Source: Candidatus Omnitrophota bacterium (GTDB lineage: Bacteria > Omnitrophota > Gorgyraeia > Gygaellales > Profunditerraquicolaceae). Taken from it: a DNA stretch of 64,000 bases. The position numbers and the translations under genes were made by a program. How positions within the stretch are numbered: position 1 is the stretch's first letter; the number at the start of each line of letters is the position of its first letter. The notes below the pieces were generated by a model, which was not told the origin of the DNA, ran no database searches, and saw nothing but the letters and a program-made list of their open reading frames with translations. The stretch lies in NCBI GenBank assembly GCA_023227985.1, contig JALOCB010000004.1:7442-71441 (forward strand). Reading direction: 5' to 3'. Below, one piece after another: positions 9,236 to 19,503 of this stretch.

Positions 9236-10438
9236 TTACTCTATCGGTCTTTCTTTCAGCGGTTTAAAGGTATACCCGGAATCCTTGCCGGGTAAAGGGC
9301 TTACTGCCTCACTGAGCAGAAAATCCCCTTTTTTGATCCAGGCCTTTAATTCTTCGGCAATCTCTTTAGCCTTGGAATAACTGGAAAGAGCTCCAGTAGG
9401 AACATCCTTGCCCTCAATGCTGATCTTGCCGGATTTCAGCTTTTTATAACTTACCTCGCCCAAAGAACCCGGAACCAACTGGGGATAGGCTTGGGAATAA
9501 TCCACTATCTGGGTATAGATATCCTCATCCTTTATCGCGGCATAAGCTGCGATCTCTTCGTTCAATATAGGTATAGGCACTCCTATACCCACGGTCAGGG
9601 TCGCGCCATAGCCCAGCATGCTCGTCCCTCTTAGCCATTCGGCCTTCATTTGTTTCAGGTCGCCGATGACCGCAATAGTCCCCGCCCCTGCGGTCGGCGT
9701 GCCGTTATTCTTACGCTGAACGCCAGGATTGTGCTGGGTCCCGTGCCAGGCGATATACCCCACTCCGCCGCCCAGGAATATCCTGGTGCCCACGCCTATG
9801 GTCTTATAACACGGGTCTTTCAATAAAGGCGAAAGCTGGCCGGACGAGGAATAATTGGCATTGCCCATATTCGGCTTTAACGCGCCCATATAGGTGTAGA
9901 TCATTTTATCCGAAAGATTTACCGCCACATTATAATTCTGGTAACAATTGCGTATATTAAAAAGCACTGCCTCATTAAGGTCCTTGAGGTTGATCCAGGT
10001 CTCCAGCTTCCTGCGCGGATAACAATCAGTTCCGTAGGCAGACGCCTCCAGCCGCAGGTCTTTTCCCTCCAGCAATTCCTGAAGCACATGTCCGCCGCCG
10101 TATTTGAACTCGCCGGGATATACCTTGTTGCGGGGATCATCATCCGGCAAAGCAGCCGCCCCCAGATAAACATCCGCTGCGGCGAACCCGGTATAAGCCG
10201 GCACGTCATTGAGCTTGCAGACGCCGGCGCCCAGCTTTATCCTGGGTTTTGAGTGGCCTATATTAAAATAAGCTCCGGAAGAACACATCGGCCCGAAAGT
10301 GCCGGTAGTAACCACGTCCACTTCCTGGCTGGCCTTCTTAAGCCCTTTTTTATCCACCAGATCTATGATCTCTTCGGCGGTAACCACCACTACTTCGCCG
10401 GTCTTGATCTTCTGGTTTATTTCAGCAATAGTCTTCAT
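9236..10438 (-). CDS. COG1900/DUF39 family homocysteine biosynthesis enzyme (L-aspartate-semialdehyde sulfurtransferase-like)
   Basis: The 400-aa protein has the DUF39 architecture. It pairs with a NIL-ferredoxin gene, as in the Methanosarcina MA1821/MA1822 Asd-independent homocysteine pathway. A GGAGG ribosome-binding site lies 9 nt upstream of its ATG. Confidence 0.7.
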   Translation of the reverse strand: MKTIAEINQKIKTGEVVVVTAEEIIDLVDKKGLKKASQEVDVVTTGTFGPMCSSGAYFNIGHSKPRIKLGAGVCKLNDVPAYTGFAAADVYLGAAALPDDDPRNKVYPGEFKYGGGHVLQELLEGKDLRLEASAYGTDCYPRRKLETWINLKDLNEAVLFNIRNCYQNYNVAVNLSDKMIYTYMGALKPNMGNANYSSSGQLSPLLKDPCYKTIGVGTRIFLGGGVGYIAWHGTQHNPGVQRKNNGTPTAGAGTIAVIGDLKQMKAEWLRGTSMLGYGATLTVGIGVPIPILNEEIAAYAAIKDEDIYTQIVDYSQAYPQLVPGSLGEVSYKKLKSGKISIEGKDVPTGALSSYSKAKEIAEELKAWIKKGDFLLSEAVSPLPGKDSGYTFKPLKERPIE

Positions 10439-10475
10439 TTATCTTGCGCCTCCTATAAACCTTTAATTAACCAAT

Positions 10476-10504
10476 ATTATACCAAATTAATGGCTTTTAA
10501 ACAA
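10476..10504 (-). promoter_or_regulatory. sigma70-like promoter for the homocysteine operon (-35 TTGTTT, 17-nt spacer, -10 TATAAT)
   Basis: The minus-strand sequence reads TTGTTTaaaagccattaatttggTATAAT, about 40 nt upstream of the COG1900 ATG and immediately downstream of the hppA terminator. Confidence 0.4.
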
Positions 10505-10512
10505 ATAAAAAC

Positions 10513-10548
10513 AAAAAAGGCAGGGCGTTCGCTCAGCCCTGCCTTTTC
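10513..10548 (-). terminator. Rho-independent terminator after hppA (bidirectional-looking)
   Basis: The sequence aaaaaaGGCAGGGCgttcgctcaGCCCTGCCtttt has an 8-bp GC-rich stem flanked by an A-run and a T-run. It therefore works on either strand. Confidence 0.7.
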
Positions 10549-10570
10549 CGTTAGGAATAAACAGTTTTAT

Positions 10571-12700
10571 CTATTTAAACAACGAGTTAGAGATGATGAA
10601 CGCCGAGAAAACGATCGACACCATAGACATCAGCTTGATCAGGATGTTCAAAGACGGCCCGGAGGTATCTTTGAACGGGTCGCCCACGGTATCCCCTACT
10701 ACGCCGGCTTTATGGGCCTGAGAGCCTTTTCCGCCGTGGTGGCCTTCCTCTATATATTTCTTGGCATTGTCCCAGGCGCCGCCGGAATTAGCCATCATTA
10801 TCGCCAACACGAAACCGGTGACCGTGGCTCCGCACAAAAGCCCGGCAACCGCGTTAACCCCTGCCAATAACCCCACGATGATCGGGGCAGTGATAGCCAA
10901 TAAAGACGGCAGGATCATTTCCTGCTGCGCGGCAGCGGTGGCGATATCCACACACCGGGCATAATCCGGCTTGGCTTTGCCTTCCATCAAACCGACTATC
11001 TCCTTGAACTGCCGGCGGACCTCTACGACTATTTTCCCGGCTGCCCTGCCTACCGCGCGCATTGTCATCGAACAAAAAAGGAACGGCATCATTGCGCCGA
11101 CGAACAACCCAATCAACACATTGGGGTTCATCAGGCTAAGATCCAGGTTGAAGTCGATGCCTCTTTGCTGCACGGTCATAATAACCTGGTCCCGATATGC
11201 GGCGATCAAAGCCAAAGCGGTCAAAGCAGCTGAGCCGATGGCAAACCCTTTGCCTGTGGCGGCTGTGGTATTTCCTAATGAATCCAGGGCATCGGTCCTT
11301 TTCCTTACTTCAGGAGGAAGATGCGACATCTCGGCGTTACCGCCGGCATTATCCGCGACCGGGCCATAGGCGTCAGTGGCTAAGGTGATCCCCAGCGTGG
11401 ACAGCATGCCTACAGCCGAGATCGCTATGCCGTAAAGGCCGATGTTGAAATCCTGCGCGCCGCCTGATAAAAAGAAACTAGCCATTATAGCAATACAAAC
11501 CACTAATACCGGTATAGCTGTAGACATCATACCCACCGCCAAACCGCTGATTATTACAGTAGCCGGCCCGGTTAGCGCTGAATCGGCGATAGTTTGGGTC
11601 GGTTTAAAACCGCTGGATGTATAGTATTCAGTGACCAAGCCGATGATCACCCCGGCGATCAAGCCGGAAAGAACCGACCAGTAAACCCCTATATGCTCCG
11701 CCCCCAAAATATGCCTGATCAGGAAATAAGAGATTATTGCCACGATCAAAGAGCTGGTGAACACGCCTTTCCTCAAAGCGGCCAACAACACTGACTGACT
11801 GGCGTTTTCCTTGCTCTGGACGAAGAAAGTCCCGATTATCGAAGCGATAACCCCTACTGCCGCCATAACCAGGGGCACGGTGACCCCGGCAAGGCCCAAT
11901 CCCGCGGCAACGCCTAAAGCTGAAGTGGCGACTATGGAACCGACATAAGATTCGTAAAGATCGGCGCCCATACCGGCAACGTCGCCGACATTATCGCCGA
12001 CATTATCCGCTATAACCGCGGGATTTCTCGGGTCATCTTCCGGTATGCCTGCTTCCACCTTGCCTACCAGATCGGCTCCGACGTCAGCCGCCTTGGTGAA
12101 GATACCGCCGCCAACGCGGGCAAAAAGCGCCTGAGAGCTTGCGCCCATGCCGAAACAAAGCATTGTAGAGGTGATCGCGGCGATCTTATCCATTCCAATA
12201 ACAACCGGGTGGGCCGTATAATACCAATCAAGAAAATAATACCAGATACTCAAATCCAACAGCCCCAAACCTACCACGGTCATTCCCATTACCGCGCCGC
12301 TGGAAAACGCGCAACGCAGGCCGGCGTTCAGGCTCTTTGTTGCAGCGGCAGCTGTGCGGTTTGAAGCCTTAGTGGCTATGGTCATGCCGATAAAACCGGA
12401 AAGCCCGGAAAAGAACCCGCCGGTCAAAAAAGCGAACGGGACGAACATAACCAGGTACTTCATATACGCCAAGGCAAGCAGTATGAAAAAAACTACAAAA
12501 AAGAACACGGCTACGCCTATGTATTGCCTCTTCAGATAGGCCTGCGCGCCTATCCGGACCGCCAAGGCGATCTCTTTCATTTTATCCGTGCCTTCATCCA
12601 TCCTCAATAAAGATACCGCCAAATAGAAAGCAAATCCCAGAGCTAGAATCGAACCCACAGGGGCAAGCAACAACAGATCAAAATGCATACTTTCCTCCAT
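10571..12700 (-). CDS. hppA: membrane-bound proton/sodium-translocating pyrophosphatase
   Basis: Contains [27 protein letters not shown] and [12 protein letters not shown], which are H+-PPase signatures. The protein is 709 aa long with about 16 transmembrane helices. Confidence 0.92.
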   Translation of the reverse strand: MEESMHFDLLLLAPVGSILALGFAFYLAVSLLRMDEGTDKMKEIALAVRIGAQAYLKRQYIGVAVFFFVVFFILLALAYMKYLVMFVPFAFLTGGFFSGLSGFIGMTIATKASNRTAAAATKSLNAGLRCAFSSGAVMGMTVVGLGLLDLSIWYYFLDWYYTAHPVVIGMDKIAAITSTMLCFGMGASSQALFARVGGGIFTKAADVGADLVGKVEAGIPEDDPRNPAVIADNVGDNVGDVAGMGADLYESYVGSIVATSALGVAAGLGLAGVTVPLVMAAVGVIASIIGTFFVQSKENASQSVLLAALRKGVFTSSLIVAIISYFLIRHILGAEHIGVYWSVLSGLIAGVIIGLVTEYYTSSGFKPTQTIADSALTGPATVIISGLAVGMMSTAIPVLVVCIAIMASFFLSGGAQDFNIGLYGIAISAVGMLSTLGITLATDAYGPVADNAGGNAEMSHLPPEVRKRTDALDSLGNTTAATGKGFAIGSAALTALALIAAYRDQVIMTVQQRGIDFNLDLSLMNPNVLIGLFVGAMMPFLFCSMTMRAVGRAAGKIVVEVRRQFKEIVGLMEGKAKPDYARCVDIATAAAQQEMILPSLLAITAPIIVGLLAGVNAVAGLLCGATVTGFVLAIMMANSGGAWDNAKKYIEEGHHGGKGSQAHKAGVVGDTVGDPFKDTSGPSLNILIKLMSMVSIVFSAFIISNSLFK

Positions 12701-12815
12701 TAGTTAATGAAATTTGAGCCTCTAAATTAACACAAAACGTTATATTAGTCAATGGAATTTAAGGATAGGTTATATTATAAGAAAAGATGCTGAAGTGGAC
12801 TGGATGTATCCGGAA

Positions 12816-15800
12816 CTACGCTTGGGCTTCTTTTTGCTTCTGCTTCTCTTCGAGTATCTTCGCGGCTACCTCAGCAGGGACTTGCGCGTATTTATCGAAT
12901 TCCATGGAGGCATTGGCCCTGCCGCTGGAAAGCGAACGGAACCCGGTGGCATAACCGAACATCTCGGAAAGCGGGGCTTCCGCGTCAACGACCTTCTGAT
13001 TGCCTTTCATCTCCATCCCCAGCACCTTTCCTCTGCGGGAACAGATATAGCTGATCACGCCGTTGACGTATTCCTCAGGGGTAGTGACCTCCAAAGACAT
13101 TGACGGTTCAAGCAGCACAGGGCTGGCTTTCATGAACACCTTCTTAAAACAAGCTATTGCCGCCAGTTTAAAAGCCAGTTCCGAGGAATCCACGTCGTGG
13201 AACGAACCATCCAGGAGGTTGATCTTTATATCCACAACAGGATACCCCGCGTAAACACCGTTTTTCATCGCCTCAACAACGCCCTTTTCTATTGCAGGGA
13301 AGAACGAGCGGGGAATAGCCCCGCCTTTTATGCTGTTGATGAATTCAAACCCTTTGCCCGGCTCATTGGGGGATATCTCAAAAACCACATGGCCGTATTG
13401 GCCGCGCCCGCCGGATTGCTTTATATGCTTATACTCATCCTTAGCGATGGCCTGGATAGTTTCGCGGTAAGCCACCTTGGGTTTTCCTACTACCGCGTCC
13501 ACTCCAAACTCGTTCTTCAGCCGGTCAACGATGATCTCCAGGTGCAATTCGCCCATACCGGTAAGCACTGTCTCTTGGGTCTCCTGATCGGATTGCACGA
13601 TAAATGTCGGGTCTTCTTCAGTAAGCTTGGCCAGACCTTTACCAAGCTTATCCTGGTCAGCCCTGCTTTTCGGCACGATACTTAAAGAAACCACAGGCAC
13701 CGGGAACTGGATCGTCTCTAACAAAACCGGGCTGTCCATATCGCTGAGCGTATCCCCGGTCACGGTATTTCCCAGGCCGATCACCGCCACGATATCTCCG
13801 GCAAAGGCATGCTCTTTTGGTTCGCGCTGATTCGCGTGCATCTGCAGGATGCGGCCGATCCTTTCTCTTTTGTTCTTGGTCACATTCAAGACATAAGTGC
13901 TGTTGTCCAACCTTCCCGAATAAACCCGCACATAAACCAGTTTACCCATATGCGGGTCGGTCTGGACCTTGAAAGCCAGACCGCAAAAAGGCTCATTGCT
14001 GTCAGGTTTACGCTCTATCGAGTTTTCCGTATTATCAGGGCTGGTCGCCTTGACCGCAGGGACATCCAGCGGAGACGGCAGGAACATATTTACCGCATCC
14101 AGAAGCTTTTGCACTCCCTTATTCTTAAAAGACGCCCCGCAAAGCACCGGAACAAGTTTATTCGCCACAGTCCCCTTACGGATAACTCTTACCAGTTCTT
14201 CTGTAGTCACGGAATCCGGCGATTCCAGGTACTTTTTCATCAACTCATCGTCGAAAGCCACTGCCCTCTCCAGCAGGATATGCCGGTATTTAGCGGCGCT
14301 TTCCTTATATCCCTCGGGGATATCTTCGATCTTATATTCCTTGCCCATTGTTTCATCGTCGTAAATATAGGACTTCATTTCGATCAAGTCGATCACCCCG
14401 CGGAATTTATCCTCGGCGCCCAAAGGTATCTCCAAGGCTGCCGCGTTAGCTCCCAATATTTTTTCGATCCCGGTCAATACAGCGAAAAAATCCGCTCCGG
14501 TGCGGTCCATCTTATTCACAAAGGCGATCTTGGCTACATTGTATTTATTCGACTGTCTCCAGACTGTTTCCGACTGCGGCTCAACCCCGCCTACAGCGCA
14601 AAAAAGCGCAACCGCGCCGTCAAGCACGCGCAAACTGCGCTCCACCTCAACAGTAAAATCCACATGGCCCGGTGTATCAATGATATTGATCCGACAGTCT
14701 TTCCAGAAACAGGTAGTGGCTGCCGAAGTAATGGTGATCCCTCTTTCCTGCTCCTGCTTCATCCAGTCCATCTGGGCCTTGCCGTCATGAACCTCGCCGA
14801 TCTTATATGATTTCCCGGTGTAATACAGTATACGCTCTGTGGTGGTGGTTTTCCCGGCGTCGATATGCGCCATAATCCCGATATTCCTTACTTTCTGCAG
14901 TTCTATTTCCGGGGCAATGAATACTTTAGGCTTTGCTTCTACGGCCTCGGCGGGCGCTTCTTCCAAAACAGGCTCGGCCGCAGGGTCCGGGATATCCGGC
15001 GCGGCTTCCGGAACAGATTCCGGAATAACAGGAATCTCTCCTGCCGGTTGAACTAACGGCTTCTCATCTTCTGCGGGAGCGATTGGTTGAGGTTCAGGCA
15101 CAGATTCCGCAAGGACTTGGGGGATCTCCGTCCTTACTTCTTCAACTTTAACCGGGGACGGAACGGACTGGCGCTGGACCTGGGCGTATAAATCCTTGAT
15201 CATCGCTTCTTTTCTTTCCAGCGCCTTGTCTTTTTCCCCTAATTCCTCTTCCAACTTGCTGTATTCTTCATTAAGACTGTTAAAATCTTTCTTGGAGATC
15301 CATTCGCTTTCCTCCAGGTCTTTCCTCATCTTCCGCACGGTACGAGAAAGCTCCTTGGCTTCATCGGCCTTAGCCTCCAGGTCTTTCAACAGACGGGCTA
15401 TCTGATGGCGCATCTTCTCCATCTCTTCGGCCTTGGCCTTGTTCTCATCTTCAAGCTTGCTGTACCTCTCAGCGGCTGCCCGCAAATCCCGGTTCAGATC
15501 CACGTTCTTGGAATATTCCAACACCAGTTCTTTTTCTTTCTGAAAAAGCACGTCCTTGTTCTCTATCGCCTCTCTTTTTATTTTATTGGCATCCTCTTCA
15601 TTGCGATCAAACCATTCTTTGCGCTTGAGCAGCTCTTCCTTAAACCCTGCCTCGGATTTCCTGGCGGCATCCAGGTTTTTCTGCAACTCAACGCGATCGG
15701 CATTTATTTTTTCCAATTCAGCGCTAAGACCGGCAGCCTGTTCCTGCAGTTTGGTTATCCGCGGATCCTGAACCGGGGCCTTTTTCTTGTTTTTATCATC

Positions 15801-15881
15801 AGCTGCCGGGATAGTCATAAAATACCATCCCAGGCCGATAACTATAAAAAGAGCCAATATCCCGATCAACATGTAAGTCAT
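12816..15881 (-). CDS. elongation factor G fused to an N-terminal transmembrane helix, coiled-coil and Pro/Glu-rich linker
   Basis: The 1021-aa ORF is continuous. Residues about 4-24 are hydrophobic ([17 protein letters not shown]). Residues about 40-235 are K/E-rich and heptad-like, consistent with a coiled coil. Residues about 236-320 are P/E/A-rich. Residues about 325-1021 are a full EF-G: G1 [10 protein letters not shown]3 DTPGH and G4 NKMD, with domains II-V through to ...[17 protein letters not shown]. No in-frame stop codon and no ATG/GTG/TTG start with a ribosome-binding site is found at the junction. Confidence 0.8.
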   Translation of the reverse strand: MTYMLIGILALFIVIGLGWYFMTIPAADDKNKKKAPVQDPRITKLQEQAAGLSAELEKINADRVELQKNLDAARKSEAGFKEELLKRKEWFDRNEEDANKIKREAIENKDVLFQKEKELVLEYSKNVDLNRDLRAAAERYSKLEDENKAKAEEMEKMRHQIARLLKDLEAKADEAKELSRTVRKMRKDLEESEWISKKDFNSLNEEYSKLEEELGEKDKALERKEAMIKDLYAQVQRQSVPSPVKVEEVRTEIPQVLAESVPEPQPIAPAEDEKPLVQPAGEIPVIPESVPEAAPDIPDPAAEPVLEEAPAEAVEAKPKVFIAPEIELQKVRNIGIMAHIDAGKTTTTERILYYTGKSYKIGEVHDGKAQMDWMKQEQERGITITSAATTCFWKDCRINIIDTPGHVDFTVEVERSLRVLDGAVALFCAVGGVEPQSETVWRQSNKYNVAKIAFVNKMDRTGADFFAVLTGIEKILGANAAALEIPLGAEDKFRGVIDLIEMKSYIYDDETMGKEYKIEDIPEGYKESAAKYRHILLERAVAFDDELMKKYLESPDSVTTEELVRVIRKGTVANKLVPVLCGASFKNKGVQKLLDAVNMFLPSPLDVPAVKATSPDNTENSIERKPDSNEPFCGLAFKVQTDPHMGKLVYVRVYSGRLDNSTYVLNVTKNKRERIGRILQMHANQREPKEHAFAGDIVAVIGLGNTVTGDTLSDMDSPVLLETIQFPVPVVSLSIVPKSRADQDKLGKGLAKLTEEDPTFIVQSDQETQETVLTGMGELHLEIIVDRLKNEFGVDAVVGKPKVAYRETIQAIAKDEYKHIKQSGGRGQYGHVVFEISPNEPGKGFEFINSIKGGAIPRSFFPAIEKGVVEAMKNGVYAGYPVVDIKINLLDGSFHDVDSSELAFKLAAIACFKKVFMKASPVLLEPSMSLEVTTPEEYVNGVISYICSRRGKVLGMEMKGNQKVVDAEAPLSEMFGYATGFRSLSSGRANASMEFDKYAQVPAEVAAKILEEKQKQKEAQA

Positions 15882-15927
15882 AATGCTTCTCCGGACTTAT
15901 ATATAGGAATAGAAAATACTTTCTTTA

Positions 15928-15956
15928 AATATACTACATTAACCGTTTACTTTCAA
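15928..15956 (-). promoter_or_regulatory. candidate sigma70 promoter for the TM-EF-G gene (-35 TTGAAA, 17 nt, -10 TATATT)
   Basis: The minus-strand sequence reads TTGAAAgtaaacggttaatgtagTATATT, about 45 nt upstream of the ATG at 15881. Confidence 0.4.
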
Positions 15957-16071
15957 GGGGTTAGCGCAGGATATCTGAAAACGCTTTCCTCCCCCAAACA
16001 ACAAGGCCGGATCTCCCAACCTATTGACGCGCAATCAGTTGTAAGACCCGGCCTTGATAATGGGCTGGCTA

Positions 16072-16548
16072 TTATAACCCCTGCATAACCTTAATTACTT
16101 TCTCGTTTACCTTGTTTTGCTGGAGATAAGTAACATCTTCCGGGGTAAGGCTGAATTTGGAATTGCTCAGCCTGATGCGATCAATAATCACATCCTCATG
16201 AATATCCTGTTGAGTCAGGTCCACGATCTGCTGCAAGCTCATCTGGTTGGGATTTAACGCTGCCTGGGCCTGCTGCTGGGATTGAACGGACTGCTGCTGG
16301 GCCGGCTGCTTTTGTATCTGGCTGCCCACCAATGCCCCGCCTAAAGCCCCCAGCGCTCCTCCGATCAACGCGCCTTCGCCCCGGCCTTTGCCCCTGTCTC
16401 GGCCCTGGTTCCCAATGATCATCCCGGCGCCGGCGCCGACCAAGCCCCCGATAACCGCGCCTTCGCCTGCCCGGTTAGGCGAATTCTGACACCCGATAAT
16501 GGAAAAAACCATTGCCGCCGATAAAAAAACAACTGTGATCTTTTTCAT
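16072..16548 (-). CDS. glycine-zipper lipoprotein with Gln-rich linker
   Basis: The sequence MKKITVVFLSAAMVFSIIGC is a signal peptide with a lipobox. It is followed by GAVIGGLVGAGAGMIIG...GALIGGALGALGGALVG glycine-zipper segments, then a Q-rich stretch and a C-terminal domain of about 55 aa. The likely start is the internal Met. Confidence 0.6.
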   Translation of the reverse strand: MKKITVVFLSAAMVFSIIGCQNSPNRAGEGAVIGGLVGAGAGMIIGNQGRDRGKGRGEGALIGGALGALGGALVGSQIQKQPAQQQSVQSQQQAQAALNPNQMSLQQIVDLTQQDIHEDVIIDRIRLSNSKFSLTPEDVTYLQQNKVNEKVIKVMQGL

Positions 16549-16568
16549 TGCTTCCTCCTTAATATTGA

Positions 16569-17672
16569 TCAAAAACTGGCCGTTAAAGTCTTTTCCTCAA
16601 GCCCGGCTATTTCTTGCTGAAGCGCCGCGGGAAGGCCAAGTATATTCACATCCATAAACCCACGCACGATTATCGACTGCGCCTCCACAGCGCTGAAACC
16701 CCGGGAACACAGGTATTCTATTTCATCTTTACTGATCTTGCCGATAGCCGCTTCATGCGAAAGCTCCACGTCCCGATAATCGGTTTCCATCTCCGGTATC
16801 GCGTGGATATGGCCTTTCTCCGAAAGGATCAGGCCGCGGCATTCCAGGTGGCCTTTGACATTAGGAGTCTCGGCTTTCACGTGGCCGCGGGATATGACAT
16901 TCCCTCCCAGGCTTACCGCCCTGACGATCATCTCGCTTTGCGTATTTTTCCCGCGCATTATAGCCCTGGACCCTATATCATGCAGGCATCCGGGATGAGA
17001 AAGTATCAACGAATTGAAACTTGCCCGTGAATTATCCCCGGAAAGCACGGCAGTCGGATACATAACGATTTCCTTGACCGGCTTAAGGCAGATATAATTG
17101 GATACGTAAACAGAATCCTCTTCAAGCAAAGCGATCCCCACGGGCTTTACGGAAACATCCTCCCGCCAGGAATGGATCATAGTGAAATTAAGATAAGCGC
17201 CTTTTTTAAGAAAGAACTCGGATAATCCCAGGTGGAACCCCTCTTTAGCGGAATCAGCCGCGGAACAGCCGGTGATCAAATATACCTTTGCGCCCTCTTC
17301 CACTACCACTACATTATGCACCTTTTGCTTAAACCCCTGAGATTTCAAAAAAAGACAGGCCTGAATGGGCATCTGCACAACTGCGCCTTTTTTGATCCGG
17401 ATAAAATACCCGCCTTCTGTGTCTTTAGGATACTCGCGCCCCAGCCGGTCGAATGCCTGGCCTAAATACTCCCGGGCCTGAGGCTCCTTTTCCAGGGCCT
17501 CTCTAATATCCAATATATCCACGTCCTTGGTAAGGCTACGGGAGAACATCACCCTGCCGTCTTTCTGAAGAAAACTGGCGGAACGGGTATCTTCCGAGGC
17601 ATCCAATCCGGATGAGGCAAGCGCCTCATTCTCCCCCGGTTCAATATGTTTAGCTAACTCTTCCCTGGACAT
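16569..17672 (-). CDS. SufB/SufD-family Fe-S cluster assembly protein
   Basis: The 367-aa protein has a SufBD beta-helix core and lies immediately downstream of sufC, overlapping it by 23 nt. Confidence 0.7.
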   Translation of the reverse strand: MSREELAKHIEPGENEALASSGLDASEDTRSASFLQKDGRVMFSRSLTKDVDILDIREALEKEPQAREYLGQAFDRLGREYPKDTEGGYFIRIKKGAVVQMPIQACLFLKSQGFKQKVHNVVVVEEGAKVYLITGCSAADSAKEGFHLGLSEFFLKKGAYLNFTMIHSWREDVSVKPVGIALLEEDSVYVSNYICLKPVKEIVMYPTAVLSGDNSRASFNSLILSHPGCLHDIGSRAIMRGKNTQSEMIVRAVSLGGNVISRGHVKAETPNVKGHLECRGLILSEKGHIHAIPEMETDYRDVELSHEAAIGKISKDEIEYLCSRGFSAVEAQSIIVRGFMDVNILGLPAALQQEIAGLEEKTLTASF

Positions 17673-18375
17673 GCAAACACTCCTTGCATTTTTCGTATCC
17701 GAATTTCCTTATGCTCACGAACATCTCCTTGGGATTGCCAACGCACCATAGCCTGCCGTCGATCATTACGCAGCCGTTCTGGGCCTTGACATAATCCAGG
17801 ATATAACCGGTATGGGTGATCATCAAAGCCGATTTGCCCGGGCGGGAAAGATACTCGTTCAAGGCATTCCCCATAATAGATATGTTTTCCAGATCCACCC
17901 CTGACTCCGGCTCATCCAAAAGCAAAAGGTCGGGATCCTGCAATACTATCTGAAAAAGTTCCGAACGTTTCATCTCTCCTCCGGAAAAACCCATATTTAT
18001 ATCCCGGGGCAGATGATCGGACAAAGAAAGCCTTTCGGCTAATTCATTGACCGCCTTTTCGTCTTTCGATAAGAACCCGGCTATCTGAGAAAGCTTAACC
18101 CCGGTGATGCTCGGCGGATGCTGGTACATTATCCCCAAGCCGAGCTTGACCCGCTCTTCTATGGAAAGGCCGTTTATTTTCTTGCCCTTAAAGACTATAT
18201 CGCCTTTTTTGACAGCGTACCCGGAAAAACCCATAACCGTCTTTAAAAGCGTGCTTTTACCGCTGCCATTGGGCCCAAAAAGCACAGCCGGCCGGTCTTT
18301 CTTGATGGAAAAATTAATACCCTCAAGTATCGGCTTGCCCGCCACCTCGACTGAAAGATCTATCACTTCCAACAT
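17650..18375 (-). CDS. sufC: Fe-S cluster assembly ATPase
   Basis: The sequence runs MLEVIDLSVEV...GPNGSGKSTL (Walker A)...FSGGEMKR (ABC signature)...LLLLDEPESGVD (Walker B). The start is the internal Met with an AAAGAGGG ribosome-binding site. The track ORF is extended to 18474. Confidence 0.85.
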   Translation of the reverse strand: MLEVIDLSVEVAGKPILEGINFSIKKDRPAVLFGPNGSGKSTLLKTVMGFSGYAVKKGDIVFKGKKINGLSIEERVKLGLGIMYQHPPSITGVKLSQIAGFLSKDEKAVNELAERLSLSDHLPRDINMGFSGGEMKRSELFQIVLQDPDLLLLDEPESGVDLENISIMGNALNEYLSRPGKSALMITHTGYILDYVKAQNGCVMIDGRLWCVGNPKEMFVSIRKFGYEKCKECLHVQGRVS

Positions 18376-18448
18376 CTCTATACGCCCTCTTTGGTTAATT
18401 CCGGATATTCTAACACAAAAGGGATTTATAGGCAATAAACCCTTTGTA

Positions 18449-19249
18449 TTACACCCTGCGGCGGTATCCGACAATAATGGCTGCCGCGGAGATCGCCATC
18501 AACAGCAGGCTGATCCATTGAGACACACTGATCCCGGATAAAATAAAATTAGCGTCGTAATAACGCAGGCTCTCGATTATAAACCTGGTAAAAGAATAAA
18601 ACAGTATAAAAACCCAGAATAAGAAACCGGGGAAATTCCTGCGTTGTTCAAGCCGCCATAAAAAAAAGAAGATAACCAAACAGGCTGCGGATAAATAAAG
18701 CTGCGTGGGCAGGACAGGCAAAGAACACCGGGCATTCCCGGATATTAATCCGTCTGCCACCTGTTGAGAGAAAGCAGGAGGGTCGCCCAAAGCCGGGTAA
18801 CTCACGCCGAAACGCGGGGATATCTTGCCGTAGCAGCACCCGTTCAGAAAACAGCCGATCCTGCCGATAGCAATACCCAATGCCAGCGGTGCGGCGAAAA
18901 TATCCAGGACCTTCATAATCGATAGCTTGTTCTTAATGAGAAAAAATACCGCAACAATAAAAGCGCAGATCAACCCGCCGTAAAACACCAGGCCGCCTTC
19001 CCAGAGCTTGACCATCTCCAGCGGATTGGCCATATAATAATTCCAGTTCATTACCACGAACATTATTCTCGCCCCCAATATAGACGAGATGGCGATATAC
19101 AGGCTTAAGTCCATTATCTTATTCTTGTCTATGCCCTGCTTATGGCCGCGCACAGCAGCCAGAAGCGTCCCGCAGACAAAGGCCAAAGCCAGCAGAGCCC
19201 CGTAAGAATAAATATTGAACCCGCCTAATTTGAACAATACCCTGAACAT
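18449..19249 (-). CDS. lgt: prolipoprotein diacylglyceryl transferase
   Basis: The 266-aa polytopic membrane protein carries the Lgt signature region (GGLVFYGGLI...) and the conserved H-box. Confidence 0.88.
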   Translation of the reverse strand: MFRVLFKLGGFNIYSYGALLALAFVCGTLLAAVRGHKQGIDKNKIMDLSLYIAISSILGARIMFVVMNWNYYMANPLEMVKLWEGGLVFYGGLICAFIVAVFFLIKNKLSIMKVLDIFAAPLALGIAIGRIGCFLNGCCYGKISPRFGVSYPALGDPPAFSQQVADGLISGNARCSLPVLPTQLYLSAACLVIFFFLWRLEQRRNFPGFLFWVFILFYSFTRFIIESLRYYDANFILSGISVSQWISLLLMAISAAAIIVGYRRRV

Positions 19250-19252
19250 AAC

Positions 19253-19489
19253 CTATAACCCCAGTGTCTTTTTTATCGTTTCTTTGTCAAATCCGATAAT
19301 GATCTTTCCGTCAATATCAATTACCGGCACGCCCATTTGCCCGGACTTGGAGACCATCTCATCGGCCTTTTGTTCATCAGCTCCGACGTCATAACTTTCA
19401 TAAGGTATTTTATTCTCGTTCAGGAATTGTTTCGCGCGCACGCAGTAAGGGCAGGTAGCTGTGCTGTAAACCAGGACTTTCTTGGCCAT
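19253..19489 (-). CDS. glutaredoxin (NrdH/Grx-like)
   Basis: The sequence runs MAKKVLVYSTATCPYCVRAKQFL...GVPVIDIDGKIIIGFD, a CPYC thioredoxin-fold protein. The track ORF has a spurious Gly/Arg-rich N-terminal extension. A GGGAGG ribosome-binding site precedes the internal ATG. Confidence 0.75.
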   Translation of the reverse strand: MAKKVLVYSTATCPYCVRAKQFLNENKIPYESYDVGADEQKADEMVSKSGQMGVPVIDIDGKIIIGFDKETIKKTLGL

Positions 19490-19503
19490 TTTCGCCTCCC
19501 TGT

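Noticed and set aside
11985-12015. Apparent 12-nt tandem duplication (gccgacattatc x2) encoding [10 protein letters not shown] in hppA
   Set aside because: DNVGDNVGD is the native conserved H+-pyrophosphatase motif and not an insertion.
13809-14810. 333-aa plus-strand ORF
   Set aside because: It is antisense to the highly conserved EF-G domain, and its translation has no motifs. It is a typical shadow ORF.
15405-16088. 227-aa plus-strand ORF
   Set aside because: It is antisense to the coiled-coil region of the EF-G fusion gene. Its low-complexity translation mirrors the K/E-rich sense strand.
18648-18839. Small ORFs nested in lgt and other short overlapping ORFs across the track
   Set aside because: They lie inside well-supported genes, on the same or the opposite strand, and carry no independent signals.
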